Positions 9,701 through 21,100 of a stretch of DNA of 41,502 bases are shown piece by piece. The position numbers and the translations under genes are program-made. Positions within the stretch are counted from its first letter, which is position 1; each line of letters starts with the position of its first letter. The notes under the pieces were generated by a model. It was not told the DNA's origin and did not search any database. It was given only the letters and a program-made list of their open reading frames with translations. The stretch covers positions 1 to 41,502 of the forward strand of contig DF237660.1 in assembly GCA_000708835.1 (NCBI GenBank), given 5' to 3'. This DNA is from Klebsormidium nitens (taxonomy: Eukaryota; Plantae; Klebsormidiophyceae).

Positions 9701-12700
9701 GATGCTAGCTTCTTTCTTCGAAGTGTTGAGTATGAGCACTGTTTTTGGGCCAGATTAGTATCCTGTTGTGGCTCTCTCTCTTTCAAACTGATTGCAACCT
9801 GCGGACCATCAGGTGTCGGCAATTCGTAACATTTGACGGACTAGCTGGCTGCGGTGCACGAAGTGATCGCCGCTAGTCGTCGCTGTTGCATTAGGTCGTC
9901 CTTCTGATCAGAGCCGTTCTATTCTTTGTCCAGATAAGCCGTGGCAACAAGCGGTCGGCGGCGATTGCGGCCAGTGAGTCCGATTCTGAGCAATCAGGAT
10001 CTGAAGAAGGCGAGGACATTGAGGGGGCCGAATTTGAGAGTGTGGACGAGTCTTCAGACGGGGAGACATCTCAGGACCGCCGTATGATCGACGACGGAAG
10101 CCAAGACGAGGAGAATCCGGTGATCGCGCAAGGCAAAATGCGCGCCGCCGGGAACTTCGATCATGAGCCGGACATCGCCCAGCTTCTGGCTGGGCGCTTC
10201 AAGCCGCAAGCGCCTCGACAGGCGACCAAGGCGCTCCAAACCGGACGCCAAGACCGTCTCCTGCCTTCACGGTCCAAGTCCGCAGCCGACGGGGGCAGCC
10301 CTTCGCGGAGCTCTTGCTCTACCGCGAGCGACGGGCGGTGGGTGGGTGCCCAGGTTGATCAACAGCCGCCGGCCGCCGCAAGTGCTGGGCTCTTGCCGCT
10401 GCGCTCCGGGAGCTTGCAGTCGGAGGAGCTCGAGAAGGACGATTTCGACGTGAGCCTGGTGGTCGGCTGACAAAAGGCTCCTATTTCGGCTGACAGATGA
10501 ACATATCTCGTTGCCTTCGGTCAGGCCGCCTGCTTTTTGCATGAATATGATTCGAATGATGAGGAAGCCTTTTAGATATTGCTTCAGGGGTTCGCAACCT
10601 GTGTTCACGTTGCTGGAAGTGAGGGGGTTTGAGGCCTTTCGTCTGAAGGTGCACGAAATTTGTCGGGTCCGGGCAGGCGTCTGCTTCCGGGACGAACCTT
10701 TTGAAGTCGGAAGCTCTGTGCACGTTGCTGGAAGTTAGGCCCCGGTTTTCCGAGGAAGTGGGTTTTCTTTATCGCGAGGGGTTGATCAACCGAGTCAGAG
10801 AGGAATTTACGGATTTTGCCTGTACATATGAACACCCGCTGATAAATGCGTGGCGATTTTGTCTCTGTCATTCTCGACACTCAGGTGGCTTGGACACATC
10901 CTGGTGACGATTCCTGCGGGTCGGGTGAGGAGGAAGCGGTGGAGTCAGGCCGGCTGCGGAGGCTGCGAGTTGTCAGCGACGAATCGGAAGAGGAGCGTCC
11001 TATTCCCAGGCAGGGACGCAAGGTCGTCCTTTCGCGATCCCCTTCCGCCGAAGACCTCCTTGCAGAGCCGGCGTCTACTGCGCCCGCACAAGGAAATCAG
11101 GTACGTTCTTGCAAGAGCTGAAAGCCTCTTCCGTTGTGAACTTAAAAAGAGCAATATTCAGCCGGAGATGCGCGCAAAATCTGGCCTTTTTCAAGGCGTT
11201 TTCTGGTGACGGTTTCACTTTATCGGGTCGTTGGCATCCACTGTTGGATCTGATGAACGTGCTATTGTTGTAAGGTAAGGTTGGCAGTCCGCTTTGCCTT
11301 CTTATGGTGGTTTCCCCTGTTGGTGTCCACTTTTGAGTCTGATTGGAGTTGCTGAAGGCCTCCAGCCACCTACAAGGTGTGGACCGTAAGCCGGTCCGGC
11401 CATAGCGCACATTTTAGGGCGGACGGTAAGCACAGGGCCCCTCTTCCTTCTCATTACTGGTCAACACGTTGCCTTTGGTTTTAAGGAATTGTATGCCAGG
11501 TCAACTGCAAAGTGTGGACCGTAAGCCGGCCCGGCCGTACCACAGATTACGAAGCCGAAGGCAAGCACAGGCCACGGGTCCACACGCTGTCTTTGGTTTT
11601 AAGGAATTGTATGCCAGGCCAACTGCAAAGTGTGGACCGTAAGCCGGCCCGGCCATACCACAGATTATGAAGCCGAAGGCAAGCACAGGCCACGGGTCCA
11701 CACGTTGTCTTTGGTTTGAAGGAATTGTATGTCAGGCCAGCTGCAAGGTGTGGACCGTAAGCCGGCCGGGCCATGTCGCGGATTTTAGGGCGGACGGTAA
11801 GCACGGGGCCCCCTCCGCTTTCTCATACTGGTCCATACGTTGTCTTTGGTTTTAAAGAATCCTGTCTTCAGCCAACTGCAAGGTGTGGACCGTAAGCCGG
11901 CCCAGCCATACCACAGATTTGGAGCCGAAGGTAAGCACAGGCTCCCACCTTCCTCGGGTCCACACGTTGTCTTTGGAATTAAGAAATCATGCCTCTGGCC
12001 ATCTGCAAGGTGTGGACCGTAAGCCGGCCCGGCCACGCCACCGATTTCGAAGCCAAAGGCGGGCACGGCCCGGTCCACACGTTGTCTTTGGAATTAAGGA
12101 ATCATGTCTCTGGCCATCTGCAAGGTGTGGACCAAAGCCAAGTATCTCTCCATCGCGAAATGCAATCATAGACTCCACTTTCACGTCAGCTCATGATGTG
12201 CGTGTCCATGTGTGCAGGAATCTGAGGGGACAGAAGGCGATGGTGAAGATGTGCGCCAGCAGCCCCGATGGATGTCTGCTGCGGATCTACACGTAAGTCG
12301 AACAATGTGCGCTCCAATGACTGCTCTTTCCAGCCCCTCATGACAGTCAACCAGTGTAAAGTCTTTGAAGAAAGGGGCAACGTTGTTGCTTTGCAAAGTC
12401 TCGGATCCTCCGACCTGCTCTTTGAAACAGCCTGGAAGGCCACTGTGTCTTGATCAAGGGCGTCGAGCTGAAAGAGACCAAGTTTGAGTCGCTCGCGCGC
12501 ACCATCGTCCAGAGTTGCTTCATCCCGTCTCTAATCCCCTTGTCTTTTGCAGGACGATGGCCCTTCCTCCGACCGTGTGCATCCGGCTAGGGAGCCGCAT
12601 TCTGCTGCTGCGGAGCTGGCACCTTTGGTGAGTCCACTCGCCTTCGTGTACGGGGAATGGGCATCTTGACAGTAATCTGGTCGCTGTTGACCCGGATCGA

Positions 12701-15700
12701 ACCTTTGTCGCTCCGACCGCCGAGCCCCTTCCACTCGACAGTCCCGCTCAGTTCCACGCCCCACACGGCGAAGAAGTGCGAGATGAGGTACTCCAACCAG
12801 CTCACGTAGTTATAAAACTTCTCTCCCTCGTCCCAAACAAGAGCTTGCTTGTCGGGTGAAAGCGTCCACTGGCAGTAGAAGGAGGGGAACTTCTTTGCGA
12901 TGTCGTATCCCTCCCCGGAATAGATGCGCTTGCGCACATGTCTGTCGATCTTTACCGGGCGCTTCTCGACAATTGCGTAAGGGAGCTCCAGGTCCTCCTC
13001 GTGGCGGTGGTCGTACACGGCTTCCAGAATAGCGGTCTCCTCAGCAGTCAAGGGTCGAGAAAGGGCGAAGTGACCGGTGAAATGCGTGTCGTAGCCCATG
13101 ATTGCAATGCCCTTTGAGTGCAAAAGCGTTTCCCCTAAGTATGGCAAAAGCGCGTGCTGAGCCGCTTTCCAAATCTTTCGCCCCCAGGTTCGATCTCGGG
13201 AAGAGGGGGCAGGGGGGTCCCCATCGGTGGCGCGCCGACCAGTTAAGAAGAAGCCACGGTAAGCCCGTTGCGCACTTGATTTGATCGTCCTGGGCTCAAC
13301 TGTTGATTCTGTCGTTGGAAAAGCCGTGCATCGAGTGAGCAGCCTGGAGAGGTGCCTCTTCAGGTGGTGTAGGCCGTGCTGTCAGCCCTGCTCAAAGTAG
13401 CAGGCTCGTGTCTGAAGGGGGTTTTTGCCACTAACCAGACTCGCTAACCAAGCACTAACCATAGCATGCAAGTCTGATTAGCAGCTCCTAACCAGACCCG
13501 GAACACCGCAGCTTCTTTCTACTAACTCGACATTCCCTTCATGCACAGGAAACGCACCAAGCCGAGTCCTGCCCCAATGGACGAGGCGACCCGAACCGCT
13601 GGACAAGCGGCTCTTCAAGCTCATTTCCGCAACCTCAGGGAATCGAGGCTCCATGGAACCTGGCAGGAGGGGCAAGTTGTACAGCTAACTGATCCGGGTG
13701 ATCCTGGAGACTCGCTTCATGCTCCCGACGCCGTAAGTCGTCCGCAAATCTGTGGCCTTTGGAGCCAGCTAGACCGCGCAAACCGCTGGCAATCATAATT
13801 GGCTTGTGCGCACAGCCTTGCAAGACTCTTGACAAGCAGGGTGCAGTGCCCCGAATTTGAGATTGAGACTTTGTAAAGCACGTTTTTGTCGGAATGGTTA
13901 CTGTACATGATCTGTAGCCTCTGCTGGCACTGCCTCCTCCAATCTTATGCAGGCCTGCCCCCACTCCAACCAGCGTTTCAGTCCCGTTTATTAGTGCTCG
14001 CTTCAAAACTCACCCGTCTGCTATATTTTTGCCCTCAGGTCCTTGATGAGGAAGCGAGACCATCGACATCACTGGCGCCAAGGACTGGTCGACCAGCTCA
14101 AAAGAAGCGAAGGTGAGTTCTGTGGCCGACTTGGTGCGTCATTCTTGGCTCACCTGGTGCATCATGCAACCGAAAGCGGTGCAAGCAGTAAAGGAAGGGC
14201 AAAAGAAAGATGTACTCCTTTGTTTATCGCAGGTTCTTTTTGCCAGTGCCGAAAGAGCGTCCGACTTGTAATTCTGTCATCAACTCAACTTCCTTTATCC
14301 CACAGCAAACGGGCAAAGCCAAGTCCTGCCCCATTGGACGAGGCGGCTCGGGCGGCTAATCGAGTGGCGGTTGAAGCTCATTTTGGGGCACTGGAGAGAT
14401 CGAGGCCCCATCGAATCCGGCACGAGGGGCAAGCTGTACATCGAGCGGAGTCGTCCGATCTGGGAGGGCCGCACCATGCCGTGGTAAGTGACCTGCAGCC
14501 CTAGTACCCTTTGCACCTCTTGCGGGCGCCTATGTCACTGCTGGGCGCCGTGGGCCATCATGTCTGCACCTCAAGTCACGCAAGACACCGTGCAGACTGC
14601 TCAAGTCAAGACTTGCTGGGTTTGATTTCGAACTCTGCGGTTGTCATTTGCTCTCAATCCTGAGGTTGGCGTACCATCATGAAAGCAAGTAAGGAATAGG
14701 CCAACTTCCTTTGTGAACAGCCAACAGTGCAGGGTCTTGAGGAGTTCGATTCGCCACCTGTGTACCACTTCAGACACCAGAAAGCCCATGATCCGTCCAA
14801 TTTCGCTCACAAGCATTTTGACCTCTCTTTGCAGGCAGCAGCGCGACCGATGCTGGAGGCGCTGGGGGCGGAGGAGCAGATCGCCCAAGAGGCAGCTGCA
14901 GTCGAGGCCCATGTGGACGCGGCCCAGAACGACATAGAGGGCCAGCAGGAGCGCGAGTGAGCCACTGCTGCTTTGTGTTGCTTTGCGTCTGTGTGTGTCG
15001 ACCAGCTGCCTGCACGAATGATTCTCAAACTTCGTCTTGGCCAGGTTGTATTGGGATGCGATTCTCTGGCCGTTTTGATGGAGGCATGCGCGGTGGACCG
15101 TTCCCAAGGGCTTTCTGGAAATGTTTGAGAGGAGAAGTGGGATTGAATACGATAGGAGAAACGGAACGAGCGTTGGGAATGGAGCGCATTCGAAGCACTG
15201 AGAATGCCTGGTTTTTGCAGGCACTCCGAGATGGCGATGCAGCAGCACGTTCTGCAAAGCCCACAGGAGCAAGAGACGCTCGGAGACGCTGAGGTGAGCC
15301 TGACGTCAACATTTGCTGACGGCGGGCACGAACCTCCCCCCTCTCCTTTGTGTTCTTTCAACTGGTCCACACGTTGTCGTTGGTACTAAGGAATGCTGTC
15401 TTCAGCCAATTGCAAGGTGTGGACCGTAAGCCGGCCCGGCCATACCGGGTTGGCAAGACAAACGGTGGGCATGCGCCCCCACTTAATGGGTCCACACCTT
15501 GTACTTGGTTATAAGGGAACGAGGCTTCAGCCATTTGCAAGGTGTGGACCATGTCGAGGCAAGCAGTTTGTAGGCTCGAGTGTGAGATTTTTCGCTGAAT
15601 TGCATGCTCCTGTGTTTTCTGCAGGAGCCCGAGGCGCCCCAGCAGATCTGGGGGGTTCCTGCCGAGGATGTCGGCAACGCGACAAGCTCGCCCGCCAGTG

Positions 15701-18700
15701 CAGAACTCTGTCAGCCCAGCACAGCCCCCGACCTCGACGAGCCTGCCCAATCTGGGAATTGGGTTTCGACGGAAGATGTAAGTCTCAATTGCTCCAGAGA
15801 AACGCTCAATGATAACTGATCAAATCACGTCGTGTATGCTTGGTCCGTAGTAATCGTCAAAGCTGAGCGGTTGTTGATCCTCTTCTTCGCTGAAGTAACA
15901 AACATTGAGGCCTTCAGGGTCTGTATCCAACTGATATCTGATGTAGGGAGCCACCGAGCTCCTGTCCCAGTCCTTAAAGCCGCCATCCTCTGTGAACTCC
16001 TTCAGCAGGTCCGGCCGTTGCAATTTACTTGTGTTGCCGCACTTGCCCATTCGACGAAGGTCGTCGATTGCCTCCAAGGCAGCTTCTAGGAACAGCCTTG
16101 CCCTGTCGCAAGCCTCCTTGTCATTGCGATCGAGCTCAAAGAGATCCTGTAGTTGCTCGTTCGAGATTGGTGCTCCTTTTCCGGCGGCGAAAGACATGAG
16201 ATTTTGCCTTTCTGCAGCACAACGCTTCCCTAAGTAAAAATCTTCATCACAAGTCGTCTGTGGCCGCGCCCCCTTGTTCGGACCCCATCATTGACCTGGT
16301 CCTTCTTTTGTGCAGGATGTCCCTGTGGTGGCGCCCGCCTCTCGAGTGCGCCCTGGCGAGACTCTGGTCCACAGCGAGCACGACGGAAAACTGTTGACCG
16401 TCAAGAAGGCGGCGCTGGGCACCTTTTTCTTCGCCAAGCGCAAGTTCGACGATAAGGTTGACTACCGGGATGCGAAGAACGGGCCGCAGGGTTTCTGCCG
16501 ACGTTATGGAGAAGTGCTCCGCCATCAGGTCGAAATCCGTCGCCTGCGCCCCTCTCGGGAGTTTGGGTCCTACCCAGACTGGCCCTCGGCGTTCCCCAAA
16601 CTGCGCAGCGAGCCTCACTTGGAGGAGGCCATCAAAGCGGGGTGTCCCTGCAAGCCGTACCTGGATCTGGAGAGAGACGGGGGGCTGCCGGACGGGGAGA
16701 CCCTCGAGACGGTCATTGCGGCCTTTGAGGAGGCAATCACGATCGTCTTCAACTTGGACTACGGCCTCAAGCTCCCAGCGGAAGCCTTCAACTGGATCCC
16801 CTGCGACTACGGGCCGGGCGGCAAGTTTAGCCTGCACCTGGTCGTCTCCTCCCATTCCCCCCAGTTTGTCTTCCGGTCCAACCTGGCAGCCCCGGCGGAC
16901 CCTCAGGGAGCGGGCCATCTCGCGAGAAAGCTCGGCCAGCGCTTGCCCGACCGCTATGCCGAGCTCATCGACCAGTCGGTGTACACGAGGAACCGGGGAA
17001 TCAGACTCCCCTACTGCTCCAAACCCTCCACTCCTCAAAGCCGCCTCATCCCCCTGGACGAGAGCAAGCCGTACGCGGACGCCTGCATCACCTGGTTCGA
17101 TGACCACGTCCAGACGATCAAGGTCCCCAGCAGCGAGATCCCCGACGTCGTGCGAGCGGGGCGTCCCCGCAGCAGGCCCGAGCATTTCCGGTACCAAAGC
17201 CCCAAGGTCGCAAGCATGTATGAGATCCAGAGGTGCACCGAGCTCATCCAGACGCTGCACCCGACGGCTTACCGCAGGGGGTCGGCAAACTCGCTGAACT
17301 TCAGCTGGCACGATCGGAGCGAGCCGTGCTACTCGGGGCACGTGCATGCTGGGGGGAGGGACATCCTCTGCATCGCGGCCCCGGAGAAGAACGCAGTCTT
17401 TGCCAAGTGCTGCAGCGAGCGAATCGATCCAACGACGGGCGTGTGCTGCAAGGACCTGCCGTCCAAGTACCTCGGGCCGTACTGGGTGGATTGCGATACG
17501 TGGAAGGACGGTGCTGTGGAGATCGACATGAAGTACCTGCAGCGGAACCCGCTGGCTGCCGCGCCCATGGACCTGGAGCAGATCCGTGGCGGCTTCCGCC
17601 CCCTGACCAACGGGGTCGTTTTAACGACATCATGAACAAGTAAGATCGTTCACTGCGCAAGGGACCTTGGTGCGCGCGCGCTTCAGGCGTAAACGTGTGA
17701 GTCTGGTCGCTGTTGCTTGGTAAGTGCTGCGTCGCTGGTCGCTGGACTCTTAGGCTCAGTTTGTCTGGGATTCTGCTTGGTACTATTGGCAGCCGGTTAG
17801 CGCTGGTCTTGGGCAGATGTTGTGCGTTGGGGAATAGAGGATCGTGCAGAGAACTTGAGGCAAACAGCAGGCTGATCAGCCCTGCTGTTGGAAGGTGTTT
17901 AGACGCTTTTAGGTCTGGTTGACCCCAGGATTTTGATCGCTGTCAAGGAATCGGGACCAGATCTGAGTTGGGAGGCCGAATACATGCCTTTTTCAGAGGG
18001 TTTTGGCAGCGTACAACGCTGCAAACCTGGTTGTGATCAGCGCTGTAAGTCTGCTTGTAGTTGTGTGCTGTTTTGCGTCCGTTCAAAGGGTGCTTGTTAG
18101 CGTTTGAGCAAGGGTTTTGCAGCAAGAACCAGACTGCTGTCGCGCCCCGTGGCGCATGCGTGTCGCTCACATTTTGGCAGCCTAGATAGCGCTTCAGATC
18201 AGATCAGCTGACACCTGATTTGAGGACACCCCGGCGTCAGATTCGGAGCGATTTGGGATTGTGAAGCAGCTTGCAGACAGCCGTCAGGTGTCGAGACTTG
18301 AGGCGCATCTCAAATTGCATCAAGAGCGCGCGTTTGTGGCTGTGGTGGTCAGACAGACAGGGAGGATAGGCAGCTCGACTGTAGTGCATACTGAGGTGTT
18401 GGTGCTTCAGTCTTGCAGCCGTCTTTAGTTTTCGGAAAGCCAGCGCTGTTTAGCGAAAGGGTCTTCATAAGGTTCCTTTGAAATTCTGAACGTTCTTACA
18501 ACCTTTTCGTGCAGGTGGCAGGAGGGTCAGTACAAAGCCGTGATGCTGAGGAGTCCCATGGGGAGCGGAAAGAGCACGCTTCTTCAAGCCCTCTTGGCTG
18601 AAGAACCTGAGCCCGAGACGGTCAACATGGCCTCTTACCGTCGCACGCAAGCTCTGGACGCTCAGGGCAAGCACAAGGACTTTTCTCACTACGAAGTCCT

Positions 18701-20672
18701 CAAGCAGGCAGATGGGCGCGAGGTCGGCGGGCGCTTCATCAGGCCTCTCGCCCACAGGGAGCTCCACCCCCGCGTCATTTGCCAGGTCGACAGCCTGCCC
18801 GGCCTGCTGGCTGAGGATGACGAGGACGCCCCCGCGTTCGACCTGCTCGTCCTGGACGAGAGCGAGTCAATCTTGGCACATCTGTCTGCCAACACGCTTC
18901 GCGAGAGGCACACCGTCATTCGGCTCCTGGTGAGAATGATGAGCAGAGCGCAGCGGATCATCTGCATGGACGGGCACTTGGGGCAGCGGACGTTCGAGTT
19001 CCTCACCATGCACGGGATTTCGTGCTCCCCCGTGGTGGTCAACACCCATCCCCCGGAGCGGCCCCTCCAGGTTGAGTTCGTTCACGGCAAGAACAAAGGG
19101 CTCCCAAAGTGGGAGGGGGCGATCTTTGAGGCGCTGGAGGCCGGCCGCAACGTCTTTGTGGTGAGCATGTCCTCCGACAAAGCACGAGAGTTGGGGGCGA
19201 TGGTCGCGGATCGGGCCGTCGTAGAGAACGACCAGATCTTGATCATCACCCGACACTCAGACGGTGCGGTCAAGCGGGGGCTGCAAGACGTGAACGTGCA
19301 GTGGCGAAAGCGGCTCGTAATCATTAGCCCCACGGTTGAAGCAGGCGTGGACTTCAATCAGCGTTGGTTTCATCAGATGTTCCTGTACATCTGCCCGAAA
19401 AGCACGCACCCGAGGGGCTTGGATCAGATGAAGGGGCGTGTGCGGAAGCTGGAAGACCAACGGGTCCTGTGTTACGTCCAAGAGGGCATCAGGCTGCCCG
19501 CTGAAGGGTCGCTGGGGGACAGCTTCTTGACGAAGATGAAGACCGATTCGGGCAGCATTGCGAGGCTGGGGCTCGAAGAGACCTATCAGTGGTTTTTGAA
19601 CCAGGATCAGAGGGGCGGGCTAGGGGTGAACTGTGCGGGTCCGATAACCCGCCTTCTCGCTCACAATGAGAAAGAGCTCTCTAACGGACAGACGCATTTC
19701 TACGAAGAGTTTACAGACCTGTTGCGGAGCGACGGCCACATTGTCTTGGGCGTGCCTGTCGAGGAGTCGGATGACGGTGAGGCGGTCGAAGTGAATCCAG
19801 GCGGCTCGGAAGAAGGAGGGCGCAGGGGCAAGTATCTTCTTGAGGCGATGATCCGCGCCCCTAATATCTCGCAAGCCCAGTTTGCCGACATCGAAGCACG
19901 GGTCCGCAAGAACCAAGACCATGAGGGGGAGATAATTTCGATGGAGAAGTACCAGCTGGCGCGGTTTTACGACGTGCCACACCTGAACGAGGACTTCCTG
20001 CGAACGGTCGGTCCGTACCCAATCCACGCGGTTGATTTTCTCGAGCAGGTGGTTGACGAAGGGTACAAACATGAGGAAGCGGAGATTGGACGGCACAGGT
20101 ACCCCCCTCTGATGGCAGATATGGCCAGGGAGCTCTTAAGGGTATTGGGATTCGGGCACCCGCTCGACTTGGCTCACAAAACGGCCCCTCTTGAGGCGCT
20201 GAGGCCGCAACTTGCTGGAACTGCCTTCTTCCAGAATTACTCGGAGAACGCCAGGTTATTCCATACTCGGGCAACAGGCGCAGCTGACGCATTGGCCTAC
20301 CAGAAGTCGGCCACGATCGGTCTTAACCACGTCTTCTCGGCGTTGGGACTGCGCTTGAAGGCAAGGAACCTGGGCAAGCTGGAGGTGAACGATGGGAAGA
20401 GCTCAACAGGCAAGCAGCGAAGACGGAAGATTCGATACGGAGGCTGGTATTTATCGCGAAACCCTCGGAGCACGACCCGTCCTGTATGTGGTCCTCCCGG
20501 GGTAGACGTGATGGCTCAGTTGTTGAAGCTTCGTCTGGAGCATTCGGATGCGTTGAAGGCGAGGATTCCGGCAACTTTGAGGGATTACGTGGACGGACTT
20601 CGCTTAGCATGGCCGGAACTCGTCCAGGACAGGAGGTGCGAGATCGAAGTAGGACCAAGAGAGGTGGAATAG
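6731..20672 (+). CDS. Multi-exon gene (~20 exons, ~2,120 aa): low-complexity/Zn-finger-like N-terminus + AEP primase-polymerase + Zn domain + UL9-like SF2 helicase; true start probably further upstream
   Basis: Phase-compatible GT-AG exon chain traced by hand: 6731-7256, 7651-7794, 7943-8023, 8191-8259, 8427-8482, 8772-8855, 9161-9325, 9509-9610, 9934-10449, 10885-11100, 12218-12292, 13188-13258, 13549-13732, 14039-14112, 14306-14483, 14835-14956, 15221-15293, 15625-15777, 16316-17639, 18515-20672. One 1-nt frame break lies in the TTTT run at 17619-17622. Confidence is higher for the last two exons than for the upstream chain. Confidence 0.7.
11322..12133 (+). repeat. Tandem array of 7 palindromic ~62-bp units with related spacers, inside an intron (11101-12217)
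   Basis: Unit ggtccacacgttgtctttggttttaaggaat(N~13)gccaactgcaaggtgtggacc, followed by gtaagccggcccggcc. Unit ends at 11385, 11520, 11638, 11756, 11891, 12018 and 12133 (periods 135, 118, 118, 135, 127, 115). Confidence 0.93.
12587..13099 (-). CDS. Intronless phage-type conserved hypothetical protein, nested antisense in intron 12293-13187
   Basis: MGYDTHFTGHFALSRPL...FPSFYCQWTLSPDKQALVWDEGEKFYNYVSWLEYLISHFFAVWGVELSGTVEWKG...DKGSIRV. This fits a pattern I recognise from bacteriophage hypothetical proteins (MGY-x-T-x-F-x-G...CQW...WDxGEKFY-x-Y-x2-WL-x-YLI...L-x-G-x-V-x-W-x-G). Confidence 0.75.
   Translation of the reverse strand: MGYDTHFTGHFALSRPLTAEETAILEAVYDHRHEEDLELPYAIVEKRPVKIDRHVRKRIYSGEGYDIAKKFPSFYCQWTLSPDKQALVWDEGEKFYNYVSWLEYLISHFFAVWGVELSGTVEWKGLGGRSDKGSIRVNSDQITVKMPIPRTRRRVDSPKVPAPQQQNAAP
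13188..14483 (+). repeat. Tandem duplication of a two-exon module within the large gene
   Basis: Exon pair 13188-13258 + 13549-13732 (RPVKKKPR|KRTKPSPAPMDEATRTAGQAALQAHF...EGQVV) parallels 14039-14112 + 14306-14483 (RPAQKKRR|SKRAKPSPAPLDEAARAANRVAVEAHF...EGQAV), with identical intron phases. The DNA block aagccRagtcctgccccaWtggacgaggcg is shared. Confidence 0.85.
15364..15550 (+). repeat. Two further units of the palindromic repeat, in intron 15294-15624
   Basis: ggtccacacgttgtcgttggtactaaggaatgctgtcttcagccaattgcaaggtgtggacc and ggtccacaccttgtacttgg...ttgcaaggtgtggacc. Confidence 0.9.
15820..16197 (-). CDS. Intronless hypothetical protein (125 aa), nested antisense in intron 15778-16315
   Basis: ATG-initiated ORF with globular-protein-like composition (MSFAAGKGAPISNEQLQDLFELD...) that fills most of the intron; no family recognised. 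Confidence 0.55.
   Translation of the reverse strand: MSFAAGKGAPISNEQLQDLFELDRNDKEACDRARLFLEAALEAIDDLRRMGKCGNTSKLQRPDLLKEFTEDGGFKDWDRSSVAPYIRYQLDTDPEGLNVCYFSEEEDQQPLSFDDYYGPSIHDVI
16316..17639 (+). CDS. Exon encoding an archaeo-eukaryotic primase (PrimPol / NCLDV-herpes primase-like) domain plus Cys/His-rich Zn-binding domain
   Basis: AEP motif I PYLDLE, motif II KFSLHLV and motif III IDQSVYTRNRGIRLPYCSK, followed by EPCYSGHVH...FAKCCSER...C. Acceptor cttcttttgtgcag at 16315; donor aa|gtaaga at 17640. Confidence 0.88.
18515..20672 (+). CDS. Exon encoding a superfamily-2 helicase of the herpesvirus UL9 / origin-binding-protein type
   Basis: LRSPMGSGKS (Walker A), ASYRRTQA (Ia), CQVDSL, LLVLDESES (Walker B), IICMDGHL (III), IISPTVEAGVDFN (V), QMKGRVRKL (VI). 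Order and spacing resemble UL9-family proteins. Splices in phase from NDIMNK to WQEGQYKAVML. Confidence 0.85.
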
Positions 20673-21100
20673 AGGTAGCAATGAATGCGAGCCGTACTGT
20701 GGACTGGAAGTCTGGAGCAATTTGGTCAGGCTAGAGTGTGGTCCGCGTCTTACAGATGGCCGTCAGGCTGCAGTCTTATTTAATCTAGCAATTTGAAATA
20801 TGCGAACCAATATGTATGCTTTTTAGGTTTTGCCAATCTGCGTGCCAACCCGTTTTCAGGAACGCCGCAAGCCAAATCTTTTATAGACCCTAATTGCCTT
20901 CAAGAGTGGGTACACGCGCAATGAATTATAGAGACGTTGAGTGGCATGGTCAATGTGTATATCATTGCATCCAGCGTGCAAGAGGCGTCCAAATGCGCAA
21001 CCTCGGTGTTGCTGCATTATTGCACGCTCGCTAAGTCGCAAGCCGCATACATACTTAGAGAGATGGCTCGGCTCAAAGATATCAACTGAACAGCCCTGCC

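Noticed and set aside
11322-12133. CRISPR-like appearance of the palindromic repeat-spacer arrays (also 32292-33151)
   Set aside because: Spacers are homologous to each other (2-3 classes with higher-order duplication) rather than unique, the repeats (~62-78 bp) are too long, no cas genes are present, and the context is eukaryotic.
8777-15312. Additional short minus-strand ORFs in introns (8777-9133, 10481-10880, 13635-14006, 15025-15312)
   Set aside because: They fit the nested-gene pattern, but they are short, partly overlap exons and lack recognisable features, so I cannot distinguish them from chance.
16247-17347. Long minus-strand ORF (366 aa) and similar overlapping ORFs over 18465-20658, 27079-29109, 30115-31963 and 34064-35566
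   Set aside because: These are antisense or alternate-frame shadows of GC-rich real exons, with no recognisable motifs.
17612-17635. Programmed -1 ribosomal frameshift between primase and helicase
   Set aside because: GTT TTA ACG is not a canonical X XXY YYZ heptamer, and the other breaks in the window are also homopolymer indels. A weak alternative donor at 17615 joined to acceptor 18521 could also restore the frame.
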